Source: a virus | DNA length: 64,000 nt | IMG/VR virus record: IMGVR_UViG_3300045988_112440 | Reading direction: 5' to 3' (one strand) | In this document: positions 25,104 through 33,660 of the stretch, one piece after another | Position numbering within the stretch: the stretch's first letter is position 1 | Layout of the letters: every line of letters begins with the position of its first letter | Made by a program: the position numbers and the translations under genes | The notes under the pieces: generated by a model | What the model was told of the DNA's origin: nothing | What the model saw: the letters and a program-made list of their open reading frames with translations, nothing else | Database searches by the model: none

Positions 25104-25326
25104 AAGAAATAACGAGAAAATCAATACATTGCGCAAAGGTATTAAGCGGTTAACAAACGAGCTTGATGAACAATGGAAAGAGTTAGAACACTTTTCTGGA
25201 GATTTGTATGAAATAAAACTTGCTGAATACATGACAAAATTAGAGACCATCAAAACTCTTGGCGGATTTTATTTTCGTTATGATAACGGAAAGCATACAG
25301 TTTCCATTATGGGGTTTGATGGCTAA
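25096..25326 (+). CDS. hypothetical protein
   Basis: ORF 25042-25326, trimmed to ATG 25096 after GGAGAGGG. Confidence 0.6.
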   Translation: MIERNNEKINTLRKGIKRLTNELDEQWKELEHFSGDLYEIKLAEYMTKLETIKTLGGFYFRYDNGKHTVSIMGFDG

Positions 25327-25458
25327 TGATGTAAAGTATGCAAGAATTGATAAAATCCGGGTTCTTGTGGATATTTAACAAAAGGATGTGTAGACCGATG
25401 ATATAACTATTGATGACGTAGGATTATTAGTAAAATTTTGGAAAATAAAATTGTTGGA

Positions 25459-25487
25459 TTGAAAATTACATTCATGTGGTGTATGAT
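25459..25487 (+). promoter_or_regulatory. sigma-70-like promoter
   Basis: TTGAAA (25459-25464), 17 bp spacer, TATGAT (25482-25487). First promoter-like signal after a 215-bp gap. Confidence 0.5.
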
Positions 25488-25541
25488 TTAAGCAACCTCA
25501 GCACAAGATGTTTAAGCTAAAAGAAATGTGAGGTTAATATA

Positions 25542-25697
25542 ATGTGGATTATGATAATATCGTTTATTGCATTTTACTTTGTACTGCTTGTTCCTTTTGG
25601 GATTTTTGTAATGGGACTACTGAAAGTGGCGTCTATTGCTGATGATCAGAGTGAGCGGCTGGAAATGGAACAGGGAAGGGATGGTCAAAATGTATGA
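25542..25697 (+). CDS. small membrane protein (51 aa)
   Basis: Below the track cutoff. ATG 25542 lies 8 nt after GAGG. MWIMIISFIAFYFVLLVPFGIFVMGLL... Confidence 0.5.
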   Translation: MWIMIISFIAFYFVLLVPFGIFVMGLLKVASIADDQSERLEMEQGRDGQNV

Positions 25698-25884
25698 TTT
25701 GAAATCGTGCCCATGTTGTGGTGGTCCAGCAACGCTTTTTAAATTGAGAGCGCAAGTCATATGTGATTATTGTGGACTGAGAACAAAAGCGTATTATGAT
25801 AATCTTGTTAATTGTGGAATGCCAGATAATAATATGCTTTTGGATGCAGTAAATGCTTGGAATAAACGAGTTGATAAAAGTTAA
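25690..25884 (+). CDS. lar: Lar-family restriction alleviation-like zinc protein
   Basis: ORF 25636-25884, trimmed to ATG 25690. LKSCPCCGG...CDYCG...AVNAWNKR matches my recollection of the Lar pattern (CPFCGG, C..CG, WN.R). Confidence 0.6.
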   Translation: MYDLKSCPCCGGPATLFKLRAQVICDYCGLRTKAYYDNLVNCGMPDNNMLLDAVNAWNKRVDKS

Positions 25885-25902
25885 GATTTAGGAGGAATGA
25901 AT

Positions 25903-26067
25903 ATGAACAGATATGATCTTTCCGCTTATGCGATTGCAGTGTCAAACTTTTTGAAAGATAATGCTTCTGCTGGCAATGAACGATTTCCAATTACGGTCAA
26001 TGAATGGGAACTCGCAGCGCAACTGGATAAGCTGGCAAAAGAACTGCGTGTCCCAGATAAAAACTGA
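25903..26067 (+). CDS. hypothetical protein (54 aa)
   Basis: Below the track cutoff. ATG 25903 follows TAGGAGGA. Confidence 0.55.
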   Translation: MNRYDLSAYAIAVSNFLKDNASAGNERFPITVNEWELAAQLDKLAKELRVPDKN

Positions 26068-26086
26068 GTTTTAATGGAGATACATT

Positions 26087-26284
26087 ATGAAAAAGTTCGT
26101 TGTTCTTTTTGAAGGTTGGAATGATAAGCACGACCGTGAATGTATGTGCTATGTTGTTGATGCAGATGATGGCTTTGAAAGTATTTTGAGCGTTGAAGAA
26201 CGGGCGGAAAAGATGGCTCGAAGCAAACATCCTAATCTGAAAAATTTTAAGACGCTTTACATCAAAGAACTGCTTAACAGATAA
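26087..26284 (+). CDS. hypothetical protein
   Basis: ORF track. SD GGAGA. Confidence 0.7.
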   Translation: MKKFVVLFEGWNDKHDRECMCYVVDADDGFESILSVEERAEKMARSKHPNLKNFKTLYIKELLNR

Positions 26285-26310
26285 GAACTAAGATTTAGGA
26301 GGAAATAGTT

Positions 26311-27087
26311 ATGCCGAGAAGGAAAACAGTAGAAGCACTGCAATTAACGCCGAAAGAAATAGCTCGTAAGTCGCCTACTTTTATGGAGCTTCCTGAGATG
26401 GTAAGCCGTGCTGGTGAGCCTACATACTATTATGATGTGGGAGATGCTGTAGAGATTGGTCATCTTAGCGGATGCAAGATTGATGAAGTCTGCGACGGTG
26501 GTTTATATTACGGTGTTTCTTACGATGATGGATATAGGTACGAAACGTGGTTTAACATTCGTAAAGCAGGTATTGAGAAGAAATCTCAACTGACAGAGAA
26601 TGATGACATTAAGATTTCCTACTCAAATGTGACCATCGAATCCTTGCTCCACAGGTATTACTTCTTTGGCATCAACTGCAATCCGAGTTATCAACGTGGA
26701 TCTGTGTGGACAGATGATGACCGTAAACTGCTTCTTGAAACAATTTTTATGGGTGGTGAAATTGGTCGATTCGTTTTAAAAAATATTGATATGGACGAAT
26801 GGAATGAAAATCAGAATTACCTTTATGAAATCATTGATGGAAAGCAGAGGCTTCTGACGCTGACTGCATTCTACGAAGATCGTTTCCGTTACAAAGGATA
26901 TCTGTATAGTGAACTCTCTAAAAAGGACAAGAGAACATTTGATGAGGCCGTTGTTGCTATTGCAGATTTGCGGAATCTTTCTAAGAAAGATATGTTGCGT
27001 GTATTCTTGTTACTGAATCGTGGCGGCAAGGTTGTTACCAACGACGTACTTAATCATGCAAAAGAGTTACTAGATGAAATGGAGTGA
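26311..27087 (+). CDS. DUF262 / ParB-like nuclease-domain protein
   Basis: ORF track. PSYQRGSVWTDDDRKLLLETIF...IIDGKQRLLTL is the DUF262 signature. There is a ~110-aa N-terminal extension and no DUF1524/HNH half. Confidence 0.7.
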   Translation: MPRRKTVEALQLTPKEIARKSPTFMELPEMVSRAGEPTYYYDVGDAVEIGHLSGCKIDEVCDGGLYYGVSYDDGYRYETWFNIRKAGIEKKSQLTENDDIKISYSNVTIESLLHRYYFFGINCNPSYQRGSVWTDDDRKLLLETIFMGGEIGRFVLKNIDMDEWNENQNYLYEIIDGKQRLLTLTAFYEDRFRYKGYLYSELSKKDKRTFDEAVVAIADLRNLSKKDMLRVFLLLNRGGKVVTNDVLNHAKELLDEME

Positions 27088-27091
27088 GTAA

Positions 27092-27427
27092 ATGATTTAT
27101 ACCGTAACAATGATTGACTCGTTTAAGAACGAGCAGAATGCGAAATTCAGTTCGCCAGTGTCAAATACCAAAGGAATCTATTGGATGCCGGATGATAGTT
27201 GGATCGCTGGATTCTTTACAGATTTGGCAGAGGCTATTCGAGTTGTTAAAGAAAACGTGACTGACATCTTTGAACATTGTTACAACTACGCAGTCGTTGA
27301 AGGATACGAGGAAGGTCTGTATCCAAGACCAGAATTGACGAGGTGGTTTAAATATGATGCTGAGAGTGACACAGCATTCGAGATTGAACCGCCGTTGCAT
27401 AATAAGGTGGCCGGATATGCGTTTTGA
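27092..27427 (+). CDS. hypothetical protein
   Basis: ORF track. SD GGAGTGA. Confidence 0.7.
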   Translation: MIYTVTMIDSFKNEQNAKFSSPVSNTKGIYWMPDDSWIAGFFTDLAEAIRVVKENVTDIFEHCYNYAVVEGYEEGLYPRPELTRWFKYDAESDTAFEIEPPLHNKVAGYAF

Positions 27428-27444
27428 AGAAGGAGAATAAGACT

Positions 27445-27600
27445 ATGAGTAGTGTACTTATTGATCGGAACGCAGCTAAGAAGGTAGAATCCATCTTCGA
27501 GCATCCTGATAAGGTCTATTCGGTGTATTTGAAAGCTGGCGGAGATGTCGTTTGGCTGCAAGGTGAAATTGAGTTGTATGAATTTTTGCGTAGCTTGTAA
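27445..27600 (+). CDS. hypothetical protein (51 aa)
   Basis: Below the track cutoff. ATG 27445 follows GAAGGAGAA. Confidence 0.55.
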   Translation: MSSVLIDRNAAKKVESIFEHPDKVYSVYLKAGGDVVWLQGEIELYEFLRSL

Positions 27601-27626
27601 AACTAAGTTTTAATATAGGTGATTTT

Positions 27627-28379
27627 ATGACAAGAAATGAATTGCTTGGAGCATTATGCTTTCCAGAATATAATTTTCTTCGGGAGAATGAGCATCTTGG
27701 CAAGCATATGATGTTCGTAACGGTCGGTGGCAGTCATGCTTATGGAACAAATGTTGAGGGTTCAGATCTCGACATCCGAGGGGTGGCATTAAATTCAAGA
27801 GAAGACCTTCTTGGTCTTGGTGAGTTTGAACATTATGTGGATACTCAAACTGATACTACAATCTACAGCTTTAATAAGGCTGTGAAGCTAATGTGCAGTG
27901 GAAATCCTAATATGCTGGAGCAGCTAGGGAACGCCGATGAACTCGTTATTAGCTATAATCCAATGACAAAGTTACTTATGGATAATAAAAAGCTGTTCCT
28001 GTCGAGGCGTGTAATCTATTCGTTTGGCGGTTTTGCAGGTAAGCTGATTCAGAAGGCTGATACGCTGGACAAAGATCCAATTTATCATGGCTCAAAGAAA
28101 ATGCACAAGACGGTAATGAATGTAGTTCGTGTATACCTGATGCTCTTTGACATCTTAGAAAAAGGTGAAATTAAAACCTATCGAGACAACGATCATAACT
28201 TCCTGACGCAGCTTCGCAACGGTGAATATGATTACAAAGAGATTCGTCAGCAACTGATTCCGGCCTATGAAAGCAGATTGTCAGTGGACAAGAGTGAGAC
28301 TTACCTGCCGGACAATGTTGATTGGAAGCGGGTCAACGAGCTTGTGATGACTGTAAATGAGGAGTCTTTAAAGATTTGA
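27627..28379 (+). CDS. predicted nucleotidyltransferase
   Basis: ORF track. GGSHAYGTNVEGSDLDIRGV is a GS..YG...SD.D nucleotidyltransferase motif. Confidence 0.65.
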   Translation: MTRNELLGALCFPEYNFLRENEHLGKHMMFVTVGGSHAYGTNVEGSDLDIRGVALNSREDLLGLGEFEHYVDTQTDTTIYSFNKAVKLMCSGNPNMLEQLGNADELVISYNPMTKLLMDNKKLFLSRRVIYSFGGFAGKLIQKADTLDKDPIYHGSKKMHKTVMNVVRVYLMLFDILEKGEIKTYRDNDHNFLTQLRNGEYDYKEIRQQLIPAYESRLSVDKSETYLPDNVDWKRVNELVMTVNEESLKI

Positions 28380-28406
28380 TAAAACCAATATTTTAGGAGT
28401 GATATT

Positions 28407-28586
28407 ATGAAAACTTTTGATGTTTTAAAAGTTGGACAGACTATTGTAGCCGAAGACGGGGACACAATGAAAGTTATTGATTATGATTTTTATGGGACAG
28501 GGCAGAATATCATGTGCTTTATGTCGGATCGTTGTGTATATCCATCAACTGAGTTTAATGCAGGCGATTGGGAGATTGAAAGTTGA
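28407..28586 (+). CDS. hypothetical protein (59 aa)
   Basis: Below the track cutoff. ATG 28407 follows TAGGAGTGA. Confidence 0.55.
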   Translation: MKTFDVLKVGQTIVAEDGDTMKVIDYDFYGTGQNIMCFMSDRCVYPSTEFNAGDWEIES

Positions 28587-28613
28587 AAGGAGGTTTTATT
28601 TATCACTAATAAG

Positions 28614-29228
28614 TTGTTAACAAATCGTGAGCAAAGCGTTGCTATTGTGTGTATAATGTGCCTGCTGGCAGGGAATTTAGTAATAAAAGCGTTACCGAAT
28701 ACTGAAGTTGGAGGCACATATACATATTATAATGATCAATCGGTTCATAATGTTACACAGGCAACAAAAGAAGATGAGAACGATGAACCTACAATTTTTG
28801 TAAAGAAAATCGTTGAAACGAAGGTGGTGAACTTTAGCCAGGGTAAACATGAACTCACTGATGATGAGCGTGCTCTTGCAGAGCAGATTGTTGCTTGTGA
28901 AGCAGGTGCTGACAGTTTGGAAGGCCAGATGGCCGTTGCTCAATGTCTTTATGATTCCGCTGTACTTGATGATTTAACCATCCAGCAGGTCTTTAAGAAG
29001 TATGGTTATAGTTCCTTATATAATAGGAAGGTTACAGCAGAGAATGAGCTGGCTGTCTCTATGGTGTTTGATTATGGTGCTAAAATTTCAGACAAACCTA
29101 TCCAATGGTTTGTAACCCCGACTGCAGCTCCCGGCAGTTGGCACGAGCGTGGAGCAACCTTTGCTGGACAATTTGGCGCACATAGGTTCTATTATGATTC
29201 GAAGTTGGTTGTGGATGATGCTGAGTGA
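28614..29228 (+). CDS. SleB/CwlJ-type cell wall hydrolase with N-terminal membrane anchor
   Basis: ORF track (TTG start, 20 nt after AAAGGAGG, so the start is uncertain). LAEQIVACEAGADSLEGQMAVAQCLYD motif. Confidence 0.65.
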   Translation: MLTNREQSVAIVCIMCLLAGNLVIKALPNTEVGGTYTYYNDQSVHNVTQATKEDENDEPTIFVKKIVETKVVNFSQGKHELTDDERALAEQIVACEAGADSLEGQMAVAQCLYDSAVLDDLTIQQVFKKYGYSSLYNRKVTAENELAVSMVFDYGAKISDKPIQWFVTPTAAPGSWHERGATFAGQFGAHRFYYDSKLVVDDAE

Positions 29229-29281
29229 ATGGCGTCATCTAAAATTTTGATAAATAATACAACAAAAAGATGTGTAATATA

Positions 29282-29309
29282 TTGACTAAAACAAAAGGCT
29301 GTGTATAAT
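29282..29309 (+). promoter_or_regulatory. sigma-70-like promoter
   Basis: TTGACT (29282-29287), 16 bp spacer, TATAAT (29304-29309). Flanked by the tandem word AACAAAA(A/G)G(A/C)TGTGTA. Confidence 0.55.
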
Positions 29310-29314
29310 ATATC

Positions 29315-29680
29315 TTGAAAGTTGTTTGTGTGAGCGGAAGGCGGTTATTCTTGATGAGCGATAGAAAGGTTTTGAAAGTTATACGGGTTGATGATTTTTT
29401 AAAGTACATAAGAAAAAAGCGAGTGTGGGTCTGCTTTGTTTGTAATGGTGTGGATATTCACATGATCTGCAAAAAGATTGACGACATTGGCGTAGAGACG
29501 GGTGGGATTGTTAATGGCGTGGGGTTCTTCGGAAATGAGAGTCACATCGAGTTGCGACAAAAATGCCATGAAGTAAGGAGAATTGAACTTAGGTCTGGCT
29601 GTGCAGAGAAAGCGTATGAGATGATCTTCGATAATACTAGTGTGTTCGTATCAGAGAATCCTGAGTTGTACGGGCACTAA
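29315..29680 (+). CDS. hypothetical protein
   Basis: ORF track. No clear SD (TTG 29315 or ATG 29354), so the start is uncertain. Confidence 0.45.
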   Translation: MKVVCVSGRRLFLMSDRKVLKVIRVDDFLKYIRKKRVWVCFVCNGVDIHMICKKIDDIGVETGGIVNGVGFFGNESHIELRQKCHEVRRIELRSGCAEKAYEMIFDNTSVFVSENPELYGH

Positions 29681-29699
29681 AAATATTTTCAAAAACCTC

Positions 29700-29736
29700 T
29701 TGACTTCTGTGATTGTATCCTGTATAATGTAGCTAT
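29700..29736 (+). promoter_or_regulatory. consensus sigma-70 promoter carrying a forward-type motif copy
   Basis: TTGACT (29700-29705), 17 bp spacer, TATAAT (29723-29728). Motif GTATCCTGTATAATGTAGCTAT at 29715-29736. Confidence 0.7.
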
Positions 29737-29771
29737 GGAACGGAGCTACATCATTGTAGAGGAGAATGACT

Positions 29772-30191
29772 ATGGATAACAATATTGACCCAAAGGTCGG
29801 AGAGGTTTGGTTGGTTGATCTATCCAATGCGACAGGTCATCAGCAGCGCGGCATTCGACCGTTCGTTGTGACAAGTAACAACAAGCGTAACTTCTTCAGC
29901 CCAACAATCAAAGGGAATCCGTTATCTTCAAGAATATATAAGCGTTCTCCGGTTCATGTTCTACTCTCAAAGGAAGACTGCGAGTTCCTAGAGGTTGATA
30001 GTATCGTTCTCTGCGAAGAGACTGATACACTTAACAAAGGACAGTTCATCAAGAAACTTGGTGTCTTGTCGGAGCGTCAGATGAATATGATTGCAATGGC
30101 AAGATGCAAAGATGAACCATTTTTGCTCGCAGCATTTCTGAGCGGTGTACAACATACTATGGAATTTCAGAATTTTGCCGCATTTGCTTGA
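29772..30191 (+). CDS. MazF/PemK-family endoribonuclease toxin-like protein
   Basis: ORF 29766-30191, trimmed to ATG 29772 (6 nt after GGAGA). GEVWLVDLSNATGHQQRGIRPFVVTSNN...DSIVLCEETDTLNK aligns with the MazF fold pattern. Extra ~30-aa C-terminal tail. Confidence 0.7.
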   Translation: MDNNIDPKVGEVWLVDLSNATGHQQRGIRPFVVTSNNKRNFFSPTIKGNPLSSRIYKRSPVHVLLSKEDCEFLEVDSIVLCEETDTLNKGQFIKKLGVLSERQMNMIAMARCKDEPFLLAAFLSGVQHTMEFQNFAAFA

Positions 30192-30242
30192 TTTGTTCTC
30201 AGGTTTAATGGTACACTACATAATAAGAAGGAGTGTGCCACT

Positions 30243-31169
30243 ATGCTTACTGAAGAAAAAATCAAATCTTTTGCCGAAAAGTATTCTGATAGAAGCGGTG
30301 AGTTTGTTATATCGACGCTTAACCATGTTATGGATTACGAGGCCGAGCGTGGATATGAGTTGTTTGACTTCACAAAAGATGATTTTGTAAGGATGTTTGC
30401 TAAATACAATTGGGTGAACTCAAGTCGGTCGTTCAGAAATGTAAAGTCGATAATTACAGGGTACATCAAAAGTGATGATCGAGCGAGTATGTATGACTTA
30501 GCTGAATTCTCGGAGAGCGATGTGAGTTCAGACAATATGTACGAGGACAAGTATTTTGCATCAGTTGATGAGTTTGTTGATTTCTTGGACAAGTATGAAG
30601 AACCATATCAGATTCGTATGAACGTGATTGCCGTACTGTACTGGATTGGACTTACTTCTGAAGAGGTTTCTAATCTGACAATCAACAATGTTGATTTTGA
30701 ATCATGTACTGTTCTGAATAGGACCGGTGTTGACGCAAGACTGATGAATATCATTAAGCAGTGTTATGAAATGAAACAATACGATGCTCCAAATATGGGA
30801 GGATACAGAACGTTTTATGTCATAAATGGTGATTACATCCTTCGCAAAACAGAGGATAGAACTGGTGCAGACAGTGATTCAAGAATGTCTACAAACACAA
30901 TTCATAGTTATTTCACGCGCTTGAATGATATTCTCGAAAGAAGATATCATTCAAAGGCTTTAGACCGAAGACATCTGACTAGAAACGGCGAGTATGTCAA
31001 GGTTTATAACTACTGTAAAACTCATCCAGAATTTAATCTTGCAGAACTTAGTTTCGGAAATGGTAAAGATCCTCTTGCGGACATTATCGGAAGAAAGTGC
31101 AGCAAGGTTGCCTACATTAGTTTCCGGCAAGGATACAAGGGCTGGATCGAATACTTCCACAAAAATTAA
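30243..31169 (+). CDS. hypothetical protein, weak tyrosine-recombinase-like layout (degenerate)
   Basis: ORF track. SD GAAGGAG. WIGLTSEEVSNL sits where recombinases have TG.R.SE (Arg replaced by Thr). The functional call is weak. Confidence 0.35.
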   Translation: MLTEEKIKSFAEKYSDRSGEFVISTLNHVMDYEAERGYELFDFTKDDFVRMFAKYNWVNSSRSFRNVKSIITGYIKSDDRASMYDLAEFSESDVSSDNMYEDKYFASVDEFVDFLDKYEEPYQIRMNVIAVLYWIGLTSEEVSNLTINNVDFESCTVLNRTGVDARLMNIIKQCYEMKQYDAPNMGGYRTFYVINGDYILRKTEDRTGADSDSRMSTNTIHSYFTRLNDILERRYHSKALDRRHLTRNGEYVKVYNYCKTHPEFNLAELSFGNGKDPLADIIGRKCSKVAYISFRQGYKGWIEYFHKN

Positions 31170-31174
31170 AAACA

Positions 31175-31197
31175 GGGGGCTTCGGCCCCTTGATTTT
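31175..31197 (+). terminator. intrinsic terminator
   Basis: GGGGC-TTCG-GCCCC followed by TTGATTTT, 6 nt after the stop codon. Confidence 0.75.
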
Positions 31198-31205
31198 AAC
31201 ATTGT

Positions 31206-31225
31206 AACTATATAACACAGGATAC
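31206..31225 (+). promoter_or_regulatory. ACAGGATAC-core motif, reverse-type copy
   Basis: AACTATATAACACAGGATAC. Ends 21 nt before ATG 31247. Confidence 0.6.
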
Positions 31226-31246
31226 TTATTAGAAAGGGAAATGTAG

Positions 31247-33460
31247 ATGAGAACGCTTTTGCTGTTCCGTGGAGCACCAGGTTGTGGGAAGTCCACCTAT
31301 ATTAAAGAGCATAATCTTGAACAGTACGTATTGAGTGCTGATACACTTCGCCTTATGTGCCAGAGCGCACAGGAAACACCTGCCGGGCAGATGGAGATTT
31401 CTCCGCAGAATGATGATGTTGTATGGGAGATGCTTTTCAAACTGCTTGAGGTGCGTATGAGTCATGGCGAGTTTACCGTGATTGATGCAACGAATTCCAA
31501 GACGGTCGAAATGAATCGTTATAAGAATCTGGCAAAACAGTATCGTTATCGGATGTATGTTATTGACATGACTGACCTTCCGATTGAGGAATGCAAACGA
31601 AGAAACGCTCAGAGAGAATGGCTGAAGCGAGTTCCTGAAGCGGCCATTGATAAGATGTACGCTCGGTTTGCTACTCAAAAAGTTCCTTCTGGCGTGACAG
31701 TTCTTCCTTCTACTACAGATGTGATGTCCGATTTGAATTACTGTCCGAATGACTTCAACCAGTGGAAGAAGATCCATGTCATCGGTGATGTTCATGGCTG
31801 TTATACTTGTTTAAGTGAATACCTTGGCGAGATGAAGGACGACGAACTTTATATTTTCGTTGGTGATTATCTCAATCGTGGCATCGAAAACGTTGAGGTA
31901 TTCAAGTTCTTGTGTGATGTTGTAAATAACAACCGCAAGAATGTGATCCTTTTGGAAGGGAATCACGAGCGTTGGCTGAACAAGTGGGGGCATGATGAAC
32001 CGGTTCAGAGTGAAGAGTTTGCAAACTACACTCGTCCGCAGCTTTTTAAAGCTGGTATTGATAAGAACACTGCTCGTAAGATCTATTCCAGAGTCGGCCA
32101 GTGTGCCTACTTTGAGTATGATGGTAAGCGGTATTTCGTGAGCCACGGTGGTTTGAGTTATCTGCCTTATTTTCTTCCTTTCGTATCTGCTGACCAGATG
32201 ATCAAAGGTGTAGGTCGCTATCCTGATATGCTAACCGTGGCTGAGTCTTGGGAAAAATCGATGCCTGATAGCTATATTCAGATATTCGGTCATCGAAATG
32301 TGCAGGATGTTCCTATTGATATGGGGCATCGGTGCTACAACCTCGAAGGAAAAATCGAGTTTGGTGGATATCTCCGTTGCGTGGAACTTGAACACGGTCA
32401 GCCCGTCAAGTGTGTAGAAACCAAGAATGATGTATTCCGAAAAGAGGAACCAAAGACCGAATCTGCCGTTGAAATGAAAACTGAGTTCGATAACGCAGAA
32501 CTTGTTAGTAAGATGCGTCAAAGCAAATATGTGTTTGAGAAGCGATTCGGAGATATTTCTTCTTTCAACTTCTCTCGTGAAGCATTTTATAAGAAGCATT
32601 GGGATGAGGTTTCTACCAAAGCAAGGGGATTGTTCATTAACACAAAGACGAATAAGATTGTAGCTCGAAGCTATGATAAGTTCTTTGCGGTTGATGAGCG
32701 GAATGAAACGAGAATTGGAAACCTACAGAACACTTTGAAGTTCCCGGTGACTGCGTATCTAAAAGAGAACGGATTTCTTGGTATCATTTCGTATGATGCA
32801 GAACAGGATGGCCTGTTCATTGCAAGTAAATCCACTCCTGAAGGGCCTTTTGCAGATATGTTCCGAAAGATTCTCATGGATACGACTTCTGATGAAGATC
32901 GTAAGAATCTGAAAGAAGTTGCAAAAGAGAATGGCTCCATCATCTTCGAGGTGATTGATCCTGTGAATGATGCTCATATCATTGAATACAAGAAACCACA
33001 CATTGTTTTGCTGGATATTATTGCGAATGATATGAACTTCAGTGTGATGGATTACGATGATCTGAAGCGTGTTGCTGAAAAGTGTCATTTGCAGATTAAG
33101 GAGAAGGTTAAGACTTTTGAGAACTGGAGTAAATTTTATCCTTGGTACGAGGAAGTCATGAACGAGAACTATCTGCATCATGGCTTTGAACACGTTGAAG
33201 GCTTTGTTTTGCGAGACAGCAACAATTTTATGTTTAAGATGAAGCTTCCTTATTATAAGCACTGGAAGTTCTTGCGTGGTGTCATGCAGAGTGTCCAGAA
33301 GCGTGGTTATTACGAAAACACTGCCAAGCTATTTACTGCTGAGGATAACCTGTTCTATGGTTGGATGCGTGAGCAACGAGAGAAAGACCAGGAGTCTTTT
33401 TGCAAGAAGGGTATTATTCAGCTGCGGAATGAGTTCTACGCAAGTCAGCAGAAGAGCTGA
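31247..33460 (+). CDS. trifunctional polynucleotide kinase / metallophosphatase / ligase (Pnkp-like RNA repair enzyme)
   Basis: ORF track. P-loop GAPGCGKST. Phosphoesterase motifs GDVHGC, GDYLNRG and GNHE. Ligase-type motifs KENG, EGFVLRD and FKMKL. Confidence 0.8.
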   Translation: MRTLLLFRGAPGCGKSTYIKEHNLEQYVLSADTLRLMCQSAQETPAGQMEISPQNDDVVWEMLFKLLEVRMSHGEFTVIDATNSKTVEMNRYKNLAKQYRYRMYVIDMTDLPIEECKRRNAQREWLKRVPEAAIDKMYARFATQKVPSGVTVLPSTTDVMSDLNYCPNDFNQWKKIHVIGDVHGCYTCLSEYLGEMKDDELYIFVGDYLNRGIENVEVFKFLCDVVNNNRKNVILLEGNHERWLNKWGHDEPVQSEEFANYTRPQLFKAGIDKNTARKIYSRVGQCAYFEYDGKRYFVSHGGLSYLPYFLPFVSADQMIKGVGRYPDMLTVAESWEKSMPDSYIQIFGHRNVQDVPIDMGHRCYNLEGKIEFGGYLRCVELEHGQPVKCVETKNDVFRKEEPKTESAVEMKTEFDNAELVSKMRQSKYVFEKRFGDISSFNFSREAFYKKHWDEVSTKARGLFINTKTNKIVARSYDKFFAVDERNETRIGNLQNTLKFPVTAYLKENGFLGIISYDAEQDGLFIASKSTPEGPFADMFRKILMDTTSDEDRKNLKEVAKENGSIIFEVIDPVNDAHIIEYKKPHIVLLDIIANDMNFSVMDYDDLKRVAEKCHLQIKEKVKTFENWSKFYPWYEEVMNENYLHHGFEHVEGFVLRDSNNFMFKMKLPYYKHWKFLRGVMQSVQKRGYYENTAKLFTAEDNLFYGWMREQREKDQESFCKKGIIQLRNEFYASQQKS

Positions 33461-33467
33461 ATTAAAA

Positions 33468-33497
33468 TAGACATTTTATCGTGATTTTCGTTAGAAT
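33468..33497 (+). promoter_or_regulatory. candidate promoter of the tRNA array
   Basis: TAGACA (33468-33473), 18 bp spacer, TAGAAT (33492-33497). TATCGTGAT direct repeat nearby. Confidence 0.4.
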
Positions 33498-33575
33498 AAT
33501 TAACGAAGTATCGTGATGTTTCTTCCTCCAAAAATGCTCTGCGCGGGGCTGACAGCCGGGAAAGACCGGCAATAT

Positions 33576-33660
33576 GGGGATATGGTGAAATTGGCAGCCA
33601 CGCTTGATTCAAACTCAAGTGTCGAAAGACGTATCGGTTCAAATCCGATTATCCCTACCA
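33576..33660 (+). tRNA. tRNA-Leu(CAA): tRNA-Leu (anticodon CAA), type II, CCA encoded
   Basis: Hand-folded. Acceptor GGGGATA/TATCCCT. Anticodon stem CTTGA/TCAAG with loop TTCAAAC. Long variable arm. T arm ATCGG-TTCAAAT-CCGAT. Confidence 0.85.

Noticed and set aside
31241-31246. A minimal ATG-TAG start-stop ORF immediately before the Pnkp-like start codon.
   Set aside because: It is six nucleotides that could easily arise by chance. The SD spacing favours ATG 31247, and there is no supporting evidence for a regulatory uORF.
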